Origin: a virus
Lineage: Duplodnaviria > Heunggongvirae > Uroviricota > Caudoviricetes
DNA: 64,000 nucleotides
IMG/VR virus record: IMGVR_UViG_3300048573_000051
Coordinates: 15,996 to 79,995 of that record
Strand: one strand, 5' to 3'
Part shown: positions 1-9,005 of the stretch, one piece after another
Numbering within the stretch: position 1 is the first letter of the stretch
Layout: every line of letters begins with the position of its first letter
The notes under the pieces: generated by a model
What the model was told of the DNA's origin: nothing
The model's input: the letters and a program-made list of their open reading frames with translations, nothing else
Databases searched by the model: none
Position numbers and translations under genes: made by a program

Positions 1-158
1 AGGCAATGTTTACGAAATTGTTGTAACAAGAACAGACCCAACCATTGCAGTAGATGCCCGTGCAGATGACAGCACTAATTCTATTGGTATTTTTGTTACA
101 GGTGTAGTTGGACAAACATACACTTGGCGAGCAGTAGTTAACACAATAGAGGTTTAAT

Positions 159-629
159 ATGACAAGACGAACAAGAGCCTTCCTTGTTGACAATACACTG
201 GGTAAAATATTCACTGGTGTTAAATCTGTTAGTGAAGCCAGCCCTGACAAGCTGATTGCTGGAACAAAATTATTAGTTAAAAGTTTAAGTGCAAATGCTA
301 GAGTACAAGTAGTGCCTACTAAAAATTTAGGAACTGGTTTAACGGGTATGTACTTATCACCAAGTGGTGCTCTAGTTACACGCATTGACTTATCCGTTTT
401 AACAGTCTGCTCAGGACAAAGTATTATTATCTCTGTACGCAAGGGTCTAACTTACGATCTATCTACCGAGATTTCAACTTACGAGTTACCTGTAGGTTTA
501 AATACAAGAGGTTATATTACTACGATGCAAGTAGATGCTAATGAAAGTTTATATTTTAGTGTCATCCAATCTGGAAGCATTAAAAGAGGTGCTGGTTTAT
601 CAGTACGAGTTAGTTATTACGCAGGATAA
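159..629 (+). CDS. hypothetical virion protein in tail-fibre gene block
   Basis: 156-aa ORF with ATG start and AGGT-type RBS; lies in the same operon as the fibre genes. Confidence 0.4.
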   Translation: MTRRTRAFLVDNTLGKIFTGVKSVSEASPDKLIAGTKLLVKSLSANARVQVVPTKNLGTGLTGMYLSPSGALVTRIDLSVLTVCSGQSIIISVRKGLTYDLSTEISTYELPVGLNTRGYITTMQVDANESLYFSVIQSGSIKRGAGLSVRVSYYAG

Positions 630-634
630 TATAA

Positions 635-841
635 ATGACAGAAGAACAAATCAGAAACTATTTTGGAAACTATTTAATATACGAATTTGATGCACAAGCA
701 GAAGAGTTATCATATCTGTTACCTGATAACAGTATAAATTATATTACTTCAGATTATAAAACGTATTTTATTTCTGACAAAATTGTTCCAGTTAATAGCA
801 GAATTAAGCTATTCGCTGATAATACACAAGGAGTTAAATAA
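635..841 (+). CDS. hypothetical protein
   Basis: 68-aa ORF tightly packed between neighbours; its stop overlaps the next start (ATGA). Confidence 0.35.
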   Translation: MTEEQIRNYFGNYLIYEFDAQAEELSYLLPDNSINYITSDYKTYFISDKIVPVNSRIKLFADNTQGVK

Positions 842-1896
842 TGTACGCAAAATTAGTAGTAGGTCCATCAATTATTAGTGCAGTTCGTGCAATGCGGGAT
901 ATCGGTAGGTTAATTACATCTGCAAATCCGAGCGTTGATTTACTTACAGCGTTTAATAAAACTTCATCCATAATTATTGACCCGACCCCGGCAGGTTGGA
1001 CATATGTAGGTGGTGTAAATGCAGCAGATCAGCCATCCATTGCCGCTGTAGATTCTACGGCAGCTACAACATCCCCTTACGGTTACACTAACGATACGCA
1101 TTACAATCTTGCATTTTCTGCTCCCTGTTTAAATAACCCATCTCGTTTAAAGTATGCACTGCTAAGTCTTGTTTGGAGAGGGACTACAACCAGTGGTTAT
1201 ACTTTTGCCTTAACTGCTGCCCAAAGTGTTACACCTCTTGGTATTGCAACAAATGAAGGTCCACGCCCATTCGCAGCCGCTGCTGAAGGTATTGGTGAAA
1301 CGAACAGTTTAGCAATTTGTACTGCAGCTAACTTTATCCTGCACGTTATTGCTTCACCACGCCATATCACAATTATCGTTGAAGGGTCAATTGCAGGTTT
1401 GAGTGCAGTTTGGGAAGCAACAAATACTGATGTACATGATTTTTATAATAAAGCTTCATTCATACAGTATTCACACGCACAATCTTCAGCAACCGCAAGA
1501 TTTCCCATTATTTCACCTACCGGCTACACTCTCACGCAAAGCCCCGGTTGGATGGCTATCGCCAGTGGTGTTACAAACGTAAACACAGGTACTTATTACG
1601 GAACATACGATATTAGTGAAGCAGGGACTGCTAACTTAGGTAACTTGGCACAAGCAAGTTCTAGTTACCGAAATAACTCTATAAATGCTGCAGGTTCTCC
1701 TAAATATCAAATTGGCCCAGTATATTTCCAAATCGGTGAATTAGGTTATCCTACACAGTTTGTAACAGGTATTGTTCCAATTTACTGGACACGGGGTAAT
1801 ATCGGCAGTACTGGTGACGAGCTTGAGGTGGGTGGTGATTCTTATATGTTTTTTAACTGTGGTTCTGGCTTCGGTGTAATTATGAAAACGGATTAA
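841..1896 (+). CDS. putative tail fibre / receptor-binding protein
   Basis: 351 aa, rich in Ser/Thr/Gly/Ala as in beta-rich fibre proteins; sits upstream of the tail fibre and tail-fibre assembly genes. Confidence 0.4.
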   Translation: MYAKLVVGPSIISAVRAMRDIGRLITSANPSVDLLTAFNKTSSIIIDPTPAGWTYVGGVNAADQPSIAAVDSTAATTSPYGYTNDTHYNLAFSAPCLNNPSRLKYALLSLVWRGTTTSGYTFALTAAQSVTPLGIATNEGPRPFAAAAEGIGETNSLAICTAANFILHVIASPRHITIIVEGSIAGLSAVWEATNTDVHDFYNKASFIQYSHAQSSATARFPIISPTGYTLTQSPGWMAIASGVTNVNTGTYYGTYDISEAGTANLGNLAQASSSYRNNSINAAGSPKYQIGPVYFQIGELGYPTQFVTGIVPIYWTRGNIGSTGDELEVGGDSYMFFNCGSGFGVIMKTD

Positions 1897-2083
1897 ATAT
1901 GTTACTAGCATTTCAGGTTTTATCTAAGGATCAAACAAATTGGCAGAATCTTGAGACAATTAAACAACTCTTGAGTGCCGAGACAATCAAAAGATTAAAA
2001 ATTTCTTATGATCCACTTATTGATCCGGGTGTTAATAATCCACAAGAGACTTACTCGTTCAATTAATATAATAGGAGTGTCAA

Positions 2084-2716
2084 ATGACAGTACTAAATTT
2101 TCCAACATCTCCTACACTTAACCAAATCTACGTTTCATCTGCTGGTCGTAGTTGGAGGTGGGACGGTTTAAGTTGGATTCCTGTAGGTTCTAATATACCG
2201 TGGGATAAAATATCAGATACTCCTACAACCTTAACTGGTTTTGGGATTACAAATGCACAACCTTTGGACGCAGATTTAACCGCGATTGCAAGTTTGACAG
2301 GTACAAACGGACTATTAAGAAAAACAGCAGTAGATACTTGGAGCTTAGATACTAATTCATATGCGACAAGTTCTGGTGCTGTACTTACAGTGCCGACCCT
2401 TACGGGAACCCGTGAGTCTCGTGTGGCGCTGTCTACTGGCGCGATTGACCTGACATCAGCTAACTACTTCACCCGCACGATCTCAGGCGCTTTGACGTTC
2501 TCGGTATTGAACGTGCCAGCGAACGGTACTGCGATCTCGTTCATCTTAGATTTGACGAACGGTGGTAGCGCAGTGATCACTTGGTGGTCAGGTGTGAAGT
2601 GGGCTGGCGGCACTGCGCCAATCCTCACGGCATCTGGTCGCGATGTGCTTGGGTTCTTTACATACGATGGCGGAGTTACTTGGACTGGCCTTGTGCTTGG
2701 AAAGGACGTGAAATGA
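2084..2716 (+). CDS. tail fibre protein
   Basis: N-terminus LNFPTSPTLNQIYVSSAGRSWRWDGLSWIPV matches the conserved phage tail-fibre N-terminal motif; GC-rich gene followed by a fibre-assembly chaperone. Confidence 0.55.
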   Translation: MTVLNFPTSPTLNQIYVSSAGRSWRWDGLSWIPVGSNIPWDKISDTPTTLTGFGITNAQPLDADLTAIASLTGTNGLLRKTAVDTWSLDTNSYATSSGAVLTVPTLTGTRESRVALSTGAIDLTSANYFTRTISGALTFSVLNVPANGTAISFILDLTNGGSAVITWWSGVKWAGGTAPILTASGRDVLGFFTYDGGVTWTGLVLGKDVK

Positions 2717-3354
2717 CAGCGCGTGATATTATCATGGCTGCTGCAGGTGCAAGCACGGCAAAGGTGTCGCCAGTGCGCAAGGGTGTTTATGCAGGTGATC
2801 TTGTAAACGGATCACTCAGCTTTGTTGCAAGCGCAGGTGACATCGTTATTGCTTTTGCGACTCCTGACTCAAAGGAAGGTCTACTTAACTGGGGCGCTGA
2901 TGCTGGCTGGACACGTATTTCAAATAACCCGTCTGAGAGCGTGGCGCTTTACCGAGTGCAGCAAGCAGGAGATCAAAGTACCGTGACTTTCTATTACGGG
3001 TACGGAAATTTCCGTTTGGATTGGGGGAGAGGCGTTGCTGTTGTCTACGGTGGGGCTGCGTATGACACGGCTGCTCAACACGAGTACGTCTACTCCACTC
3101 CGGTCACAGTCACAGGCCCAACGGCAACAGCGGATAACTCTGTGTTGTTAGGTTTCGTGAGCAGGGGTGATACTAGTGGGGATAGCGTTACTTTGGGGTC
3201 AACTGATCTCACGCAGTTAGCCATCTCGACACTACCAAACTGCGCTCAGTATGCAGGGGAAAAACCAGTGAGTGCAGGGGCAACATCCGCCACTTTTACA
3301 GCCACACAGTCAGACTACGTGTGTGCCATTTTGTTGACTCTTAAACCTGCGTAA
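2714..3354 (+). CDS. tail fibre / host specificity protein (start revised to the ATG at 2714)
   Basis: The track ORF 2581..3354 overlaps the upstream gene; the internal ATG at 2714 has an AAGGACG RBS and an ATGA overlap with the preceding stop; Gly/Thr-rich. Confidence 0.4.
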
Positions 3355-3363
3355 GGATTAAAT

Positions 3364-3792
3364 ATGCTCCTGAAACTATCAGACCAATCTCGTGTAAGCG
3401 AACAAGAATTTCGCCGATCAAACCCTGACTCATCGTTTCCAATGGTGTTAACAGACGGCATCATTGCAGAATACGGGTACGCCATTTTGTACGAAACAGA
3501 CAAGCCTGTAGCCCCAACTGGTTATAAGGTTGTAATTGATGGCGTTGAATTTGTTGACTCACAGTGGCGCACTAAATATGTCATTGAGCCACTCAATGAA
3601 TATGAGATTGAGAGACTCGCAATTCAAGTCAAGTCAATCAGGAATTCACTTCTACTCGACTGTGATTGGACTCAACTCCCAGATACCGATGTTGACAAGC
3701 ATGCGTGGGCGACTTACCGCCAAGCGTTGCGTAACCTGACGAAAAACCCAAATTGGCCTTTCATCGTTTGGCCTGAACAGCCGTCAACTTAA
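3364..3792 (+). CDS. tail fibre assembly protein (Tfa-like chaperone)
   Basis: C-terminal region LLLDCDWTQLPDTDVDKHAWATYRQALRNL resembles the conserved Tfa/Caudo_TAP motif; immediately follows the fibre genes. Confidence 0.5.
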   Translation: MLLKLSDQSRVSEQEFRRSNPDSSFPMVLTDGIIAEYGYAILYETDKPVAPTGYKVVIDGVEFVDSQWRTKYVIEPLNEYEIERLAIQVKSIRNSLLLDCDWTQLPDTDVDKHAWATYRQALRNLTKNPNWPFIVWPEQPST

Positions 3793-3846
3793 TTGGGCAA
3801 GTGATTTATAACGCAAACTGTTTGTCGTTACAATTGAAGTTTAATC

Positions 3847-3875
3847 TTGACACATCTCTTTAGAAGTGTTATAAT
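3847..3875 (+). promoter_or_regulatory. perfect consensus sigma70 promoter TTGACA-17-TATAAT
   Basis: TTGACA at 3847-3852, a 17-nt spacer, TATAAT at 3870-3875. Confidence 0.6.
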
Positions 3876-3943
3876 AAATTTGATTGACAAATGATACCTT
3901 AAGTGCGATCAAAAAGATAAAGTACAAGACTAATATAAGAAAA

Positions 3944-3973
3944 GGCTACCTCGTGTAGCCCTTTCTGTTTATT
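3944..3973 (+). terminator. rho-independent terminator
   Basis: GGCTAC-ctcgt-GTAGCC hairpin followed by CTTTCTGTTTATT. Confidence 0.55.
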
Positions 3974-3977
3974 ATAC

Positions 3978-4006
3978 TTGATTTTCTAATAAAATTATGA
4001 TATAAT
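3978..4006 (+). promoter_or_regulatory. sigma70-like promoter for the head gene operon (TTGATT-17-TATAAT, extended -10 TG)
   Basis: TTGATT at 3978-3983, TGATATAAT ending at 4006, 17-nt spacer; the same architecture recurs at 11329 and 20887. Confidence 0.55.
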
Positions 4007-4018
4007 AATGTTTATATT

Positions 4019-4831
4019 GTGCTAAATGGGAAGAATATGGAAACAATTAATAAAGCTAAAAGTTATGCTCCCACAGAAGCAATGCGAAATAATGCACGAA
4101 GAGGTTTAGCACTACGAGAGAAATATAATCGTGGTGGACTAGACGCTTCGCAAGCTAAATCAGAAGGTGTAGGTTCCGGTGTAGCAAGAGCAAGAGATAT
4201 CATTAATGGTAATCTTAGCTTGGCTACAGTCAAACGTATGTACGCTTTCTTTAGCAGACACGAAAAGAATTATAACCCTAAGAAGAAAATGCCTGATGGT
4301 GGACCTACTGCTGGTACTATCGCTTGGTTACTTTGGGGTGGCTCTGCAGGTTTAGCTTTTGCTAGGCGTGTACTGAAACAAGAAGATATTCTTAAAAGTT
4401 ACATCAAAGAGATTACAGACACTGAAGTTAACTCAGAGGATGTTTTACCTAATGTTAAACTTCCAATTACAAAAGCAGTTGACGAAGAATTAAAGCAAGC
4501 TACTTTTATCGTTATGGTTCCTGAAGAAGTTGATGCTCACGGTGATGTAACCAGTGAAGCTGAAGTTCGTAAAGCCTGTCATAACTTTAATAAATACTCT
4601 ATGAAAGCTAATCTATTTCATTTAGTTGAAACAGATACTTTTGAGTTTTGTGAAAGCTACTGCTGTCCTAGCGATTTTGTGCTAGGTGACAAATTTGTAA
4701 AAAAAGGCACTTGGTTAGCAACTATTCAATCCTTAGATGATAATCTTTGGGAATTAATCAAGTCTGGTGAAATCAATGGTTTGAGTATCGGTGCGTTAGC
4801 ATCTGTCGAATCAATCGAAGAGGATGAATAA
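4019..4831 (+). CDS. prohead maturation protease (HK97/S78-like) with N-terminal extension
   Basis: The C-terminal half carries VPEEVDAHGDV and GLSIG motifs like the HK97-family prohead protease; the gene sits directly upstream of scaffold and capsid genes; an alternative start at 4037 is possible. Confidence 0.45.
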   Translation: MLNGKNMETINKAKSYAPTEAMRNNARRGLALREKYNRGGLDASQAKSEGVGSGVARARDIINGNLSLATVKRMYAFFSRHEKNYNPKKKMPDGGPTAGTIAWLLWGGSAGLAFARRVLKQEDILKSYIKEITDTEVNSEDVLPNVKLPITKAVDEELKQATFIVMVPEEVDAHGDVTSEAEVRKACHNFNKYSMKANLFHLVETDTFEFCESYCCPSDFVLGDKFVKKGTWLATIQSLDDNLWELIKSGEINGLSIGALASVESIEEDE

Positions 4832-5823
4832 TGGCAACACAACGTAAAGCTAAAAGAAAGCTATCCGATATTAGTTTTGAGAAAGAAGGTGCTCACGTAG
4901 CTCTTACATCTAAGTCTCAAGGTGGTCCTGCTAATACACACGATTATGCACTAGTATTAAAATCAAATAAGTTTAGCGAAGAGTTTGTACAAAAGATGCA
5001 ACAAGTTCGTGTAACTATGGAACTACCTGATTTTCTACGTAAGTTCTTCTCAGTATATTACGAAGATGCAGAAGTTCTAGCTCGTATGATGGGTTATGAG
5101 AAACCTGAAGTAGAAGAATCCAAGGTTGAAGAATCTAAAGATTACTACGAAGATTATATCCAATCTAAACTAGAAGCTTTTGAAGTTTTAAAGTCTGCCA
5201 ATGATGCAGAGGCTCTATCTGAAGTACTATCTGAATTAGATGAAAACGAATATTTAGCTATGCTCAATGATCAAGCTTTAATTGAAAAAGCATTTGAAGC
5301 TATTGAGAAAGCTACACAAGAATCTGCACCTGCTGCTCTTGCAGACGGTAATGATACCTCAACAAACGCTGGCGTTGAGAATATTGAAGGGGTGTCTACC
5401 TCTGTTAACAAAGAAGAATTGGAGAAATCTAAGATGGAAGACGAAGTAAAAGTCGAAACCGTTGAAAAAGCTCAATTTGAACTTGTGCAAAAAGCTCTAG
5501 ACGAGCAAAAGGTACAACTACAAAAAGCTATGGAAACAATCGCTGCATTTGAAGCTGATAAAAAAGAAGCTATCAATAAAGCGAAAACTGAAAAAGTTAA
5601 AGCTATCGTGAAAGACGAAAGCAAAGTAGAAGCAATCGCTAAGGCTGCTCTATCACTAGAATCCGAAGATGATTTTACTGCATTCCTCGCTGCTATGGAA
5701 GCAATGATGACCACTGTAGAAACATCCGAGATGTTCGTAGAAAAAGGTGCTTCAACTCAAGAAGAAACCGTTGTAAAAGAATCTGCTGTGGCAAAGCTAT
5801 TAAAAGCCAAGCAAGTTAAGTAA
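4831..5823 (+). CDS. capsid scaffolding protein
   Basis: 330 aa, highly acidic, Glu/Lys/Ala-rich with predicted coiled coils; positioned between protease and capsid gene; ATGA overlap with the protease stop. Confidence 0.55.
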   Translation: MATQRKAKRKLSDISFEKEGAHVALTSKSQGGPANTHDYALVLKSNKFSEEFVQKMQQVRVTMELPDFLRKFFSVYYEDAEVLARMMGYEKPEVEESKVEESKDYYEDYIQSKLEAFEVLKSANDAEALSEVLSELDENEYLAMLNDQALIEKAFEAIEKATQESAPAALADGNDTSTNAGVENIEGVSTSVNKEELEKSKMEDEVKVETVEKAQFELVQKALDEQKVQLQKAMETIAAFEADKKEAINKAKTEKVKAIVKDESKVEAIAKAALSLESEDDFTAFLAAMEAMMTTVETSEMFVEKGASTQEETVVKESAVAKLLKAKQVK

Positions 5824-5841
5824 TCTTAAAAGGAAAATAAA

Positions 5842-6156
5842 ATGACTCTAATTGCCACTGAAGCAAAACGTCTTTCTAACGTTGTTAAACAAGAACTCTT
5901 CCCTGAATCTGGCTACTGCCGTGATGTTCTAACCGCTACTGGTACTTTCGTTCCCGGTACTGTTATTGCTGATGCAGAAGACAACGTGCTAGGTGTTGCT
6001 ATGGAAGAAAAATCAGGTACTGGTGCTAAAGTATTAGCTCTAGTTCGTGGTCCTGCTATCGTATCTAAAGATGGTCTATTCGTAGGCACTCTAGTTGCTG
6101 CTGATGTATACGCTGCCCTAGAAGCTAAAGGTATTCTCTGCAACGATGCAGTTTAA
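5842..6156 (+). CDS. small virion protein in the head-decoration position
   Basis: 104 aa, Gly/Ala/Val-rich, immediately upstream of the major capsid protein; same position as lambda gpD in the protease-scaffold-D-E arrangement. Confidence 0.35.
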   Translation: MTLIATEAKRLSNVVKQELFPESGYCRDVLTATGTFVPGTVIADAEDNVLGVAMEEKSGTGAKVLALVRGPAIVSKDGLFVGTLVAADVYAALEAKGILCNDAV

Positions 6157-6193
6157 TATCTAAATTACCGAACAATAAAATAAGGAAATTATA

Positions 6194-7207
6194 ATGCAAA
6201 CTCGTAGTTTTGAAAAACCATTTGAGCTAGTCGATTACACTGAAGAACTACTCTTAGTTCCTAATAAGTGGGGTCTAATTAACGAATTAGGTCTTTTCGG
6301 CGAAGAAGGCGTTGCTCAACACAGCGTTACCGTTGAATCCAGCGAAGGTACTCTCGGTCTAGTTACCGACCAAGTACGTGGCGCTCGTAACACCGTAGGT
6401 AAGAGTGATACTCGTGCTCTACGTTCATTCGCTATTCCGCACTTCCCAATGGACGATGCTGTTAAGCCAGAAGACGTTCAAGGTAAACGCGCTTACGGTT
6501 CCGCTGATCAAGCTGAAACTGAAGCTGCCGTTATCGCTCGTAAGCTAGAGCGTATCCGCATGAACCACTCCGTAACTCTAGAAGCTGCTCGTGCTTACGC
6601 TATTACTGCTGGTGCTATCTACGCTCCTAACGGTACTGTAGCTGGTAACTTCTACACTGACTTTGGCGTAACCCGCAAGTCAATCGACTTCGTACTCGGT
6701 ACTTCAACTACCGACCTAAACGCTAAGTCTGAAGAAGGTATCGCTCACATTCAAGACAACATCCTAAGCGGTGAAGTCGTTAGCAACATTATCGTACTAT
6801 GCTCACCTGCTTTCTTCGGCAAGTTGATCAACCACGCTACTGTTAAAGAAGCTTACAAGTACTACACAAGCACTCAAGAGCCACTACGTAACCGTCTAGG
6901 TTCTGGTGTCTATCGCCGTTTCGTACACGGTGGTGTTGAGTACATTGAATACCGTGGTGCTTACAATGGTACTGCTCTAATCCCTGCTGGTGAAGCTTAC
7001 ATGCTACCACAAGGTACTGCTGACATGTTCAAAACCTACTTTAGCCCTGCTAACAAGTTCTCACACGTTAACACCATTGGTGAGCAAGCGTATGTCTTTA
7101 CCTACAAAGACCCTAAAGACAGCGAAATCCAAATTCAATCCGAAGCTAACTTCTTGAACTTGATTCGCCGCCCACAAGCTGTTATTAAGTTAACAACTTC
7201 TAACTGA
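6194..7207 (+). CDS. major capsid protein
   Basis: 337 aa, strong RBS AAGGAAAT, follows protease, scaffold and decoration genes, and is followed by terminator hairpins; size and position fit a lambda-E-like capsid protein. Confidence 0.6.
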   Translation: MQTRSFEKPFELVDYTEELLLVPNKWGLINELGLFGEEGVAQHSVTVESSEGTLGLVTDQVRGARNTVGKSDTRALRSFAIPHFPMDDAVKPEDVQGKRAYGSADQAETEAAVIARKLERIRMNHSVTLEAARAYAITAGAIYAPNGTVAGNFYTDFGVTRKSIDFVLGTSTTDLNAKSEEGIAHIQDNILSGEVVSNIIVLCSPAFFGKLINHATVKEAYKYYTSTQEPLRNRLGSGVYRRFVHGGVEYIEYRGAYNGTALIPAGEAYMLPQGTADMFKTYFSPANKFSHVNTIGEQAYVFTYKDPKDSEIQIQSEANFLNLIRRPQAVIKLTTSN

Positions 7208-7212
7208 TGATT

Positions 7213-7262
7213 GCCCTTCGGGGCTTTCTGATGTAAACTTAGATTGCCTCTTCGCGGAGGCA
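7213..7262 (+). terminator. tandem stem-loops after the capsid gene (weak terminators)
   Basis: GCCC-TTCG-GGGC followed by TTTCT, then GCCTC-ttcgcg-GAGGC. Confidence 0.35.
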
Positions 7263-7275
7263 TCTAACATTAGTC

Positions 7276-7304
7276 TTGCGTTGTAACAAATCTTATGTTA
7301 TAAT
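7276..7304 (+). promoter_or_regulatory. sigma70-like promoter (TTGCGT-17-TGTTATAAT)
   Basis: -35-like TTGCGT at 7276, extended -10 TGTTATAAT ending at 7304. Confidence 0.45.
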
Positions 7305-7434
7305 TCAAGATTAATGTTAGATAAAACTTGCAGTCGCATTGCAGTGCGATACTTACATTCCGAAAAGAGTCTGCAAGCTCTGTTATGCCGGTTCATAACT
7401 AGGAATACCTATTCAAATCCAACCGAGGGATTAA

Positions 7435-8235
7435 ATGTACAACAATTATTGTGTATACGTATACAAAGACTCACAAAATATCATAAGATATGTAGGTCAA
7501 GGTAGACCTGACCGTGTAAAAAGTAAATCAGGTAGATCACCTGAATTTTTAGAGTTTATTAATAGTCAAGATTTTACTATTGAAATATTGTATGAAAACT
7601 TAACGAAAGACCAAGCTCTTTCTATAGAATCTAAGTTAATACAAAACTCAGATAATTTACTGAATAAAAACTCAACAGCTTATGTTAACGATCTGACATA
7701 TGATTTTTGTAGAGAGTATTTTTATTTTGACATAAGTTCTCCCACTTTATTAAGATGGAATAAAACAATATATTCAGGTGAACATAGAAATATTCAATCA
7801 ACGATTAAAGATTCACCTGCTGGTAACTTAATGTCAAAAGGTTATAACAGGGTAAATTTAAATCGTAAAACATTTTATGTTCATAGGATATTATGGGTTC
7901 TTTATTACGGTAAGGATATACCAAATGATAAAGTAATAAATCATATCGATGGTGATAGACTTAACAATAGTATTGAAAATTTAGAACTTTGTACACAGCA
8001 ACAAAATTGTGCTCGTACAATAAGAAAACCCACTGGTATTTCTGGTATAGTTGGTGTATCAATTAAAACATCAATTTTAGGTATTAAAAGTTCCTATGCT
8101 ACTATAAGATTTCATGGTAAACTCTATGAAAAAGGTTTCAGCCAAAAGAAATATGGTGAAGAAATTGCACTATTAAATGCGATAAAATGGCGTGAAGATA
8201 AAATTAAAGAATTGAACAATATAGGTGAAAAATGA
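7435..8235 (+). CDS. free-standing homing endonuclease (GIY-YIG-like N-terminus plus HNH-like motif)
   Basis: N-terminal CVYVYKDSQNIIRYVGQG matches the GIY-YIG pattern; NHIDGDRLNNSIENLELC is an HNH-like core; AT-rich; inserted between capsid and connector genes. Confidence 0.55.
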   Translation: MYNNYCVYVYKDSQNIIRYVGQGRPDRVKSKSGRSPEFLEFINSQDFTIEILYENLTKDQALSIESKLIQNSDNLLNKNSTAYVNDLTYDFCREYFYFDISSPTLLRWNKTIYSGEHRNIQSTIKDSPAGNLMSKGYNRVNLNRKTFYVHRILWVLYYGKDIPNDKVINHIDGDRLNNSIENLELCTQQQNCARTIRKPTGISGIVGVSIKTSILGIKSSYATIRFHGKLYEKGFSQKKYGEEIALLNAIKWREDKIKELNNIGEK

Positions 8236-8633
8236 CAATACATGCCGTTAGAATTGAATTAGGTGATACGTCAGAGTTACCTGTGATGAGTGATGAAGAG
8301 ATTAATTATTTCTTGTCCAAGAATGATTGGAACATTAGGCGCACTTGTCTAGATGTAGCCAAATCAATGTTGTTAAAACTATCAATGGCTACAGACAGCA
8401 CAGTCGATATTTTTTCCATCAAGGGTTCTTCTGCTGCAAAACAGTATATGCAAGCTTTGAAAATGTATATTTCAGACCCTAATCTTAACCAAACATTACA
8501 GACTTTACAAGGTTATGCAGGAGGGGTATCTAGAAGTGATATGCAAGCCAACGATGCTAACTTAGATAATAACATCGTTAAGCAACCTAACGCTGAAACA
8601 TTTACTTATCGTCCAAGTTCATTTGGTATTTAA
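8232..8633 (+). CDS. putative head-tail connector / head completion protein
   Basis: 133-aa ORF in the head-to-tail gene block; overlapping start and stop codons. Confidence 0.3.
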   Translation: MTIHAVRIELGDTSELPVMSDEEINYFLSKNDWNIRRTCLDVAKSMLLKLSMATDSTVDIFSIKGSSAAKQYMQALKMYISDPNLNQTLQTLQGYAGGVSRSDMQANDANLDNNIVKQPNAETFTYRPSSFGI

Positions 8634-8646
8634 CTGAAGGAATAAT

Positions 8647-9003
8647 ATGGACAGACATCTTGCTATAACACTAAAAGCAATTAATCAGCACGGCAAAAAC
8701 TGCACATATTCTATCGTTACTGAAGGTGAATATGATGTTGAAACAGGTGCTACAACTAACACTGAAACTGTTTATTCAGTAAAGATGTATAAAAAGCATA
8801 TTCGTGCTAGTCAGTATAACTTTCCAAATATGATCGGCAGAGATTCTGCACTGTTTTATTTAGCCAATAACAAACTGAGTTTTATTCCTGCACCTAAAGA
8901 TAAGATTACAATTGACACTACTACATATACAGTAGACTCTGTAACTGAACATGCTGCAGATGGTCTTGTTATTTTATACAAGATATTAACTGTAAAGGGT
9001 TAA
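8647..9003 (+). CDS. putative head-tail joining protein
   Basis: 118-aa ORF with a GAAGGAAT RBS; position only. Confidence 0.3.
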   Translation: MDRHLAITLKAINQHGKNCTYSIVTEGEYDVETGATTNTETVYSVKMYKKHIRASQYNFPNMIGRDSALFYLANNKLSFIPAPKDKITIDTTTYTVDSVTEHAADGLVILYKILTVKG

Positions 9004-9005
9004 TC

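Noticed and set aside
2581-3354. 257-aa ORF beginning inside the preceding fibre gene
   Set aside because: It overlaps 2084..2716 by 136 nt in another frame. The internal ATG at 2714 has an RBS and a stop-start overlap, so the N-terminal extension is spurious.
4019-4036. Whether the protease starts at 4019 or at 4037
   Set aside because: Both ATGs are in frame. 4037 has the better RBS spacing (GGGAAG), but the call is the same; the longer ORF is kept and the alternative is noted in the feature.
5472-6143. Minus-strand ORFs 5472..5714 and 5913..6143 inside the scaffold and decoration genes
   Set aside because: They are antisense to highly expressed structural genes, of low complexity, and lack RBSs.
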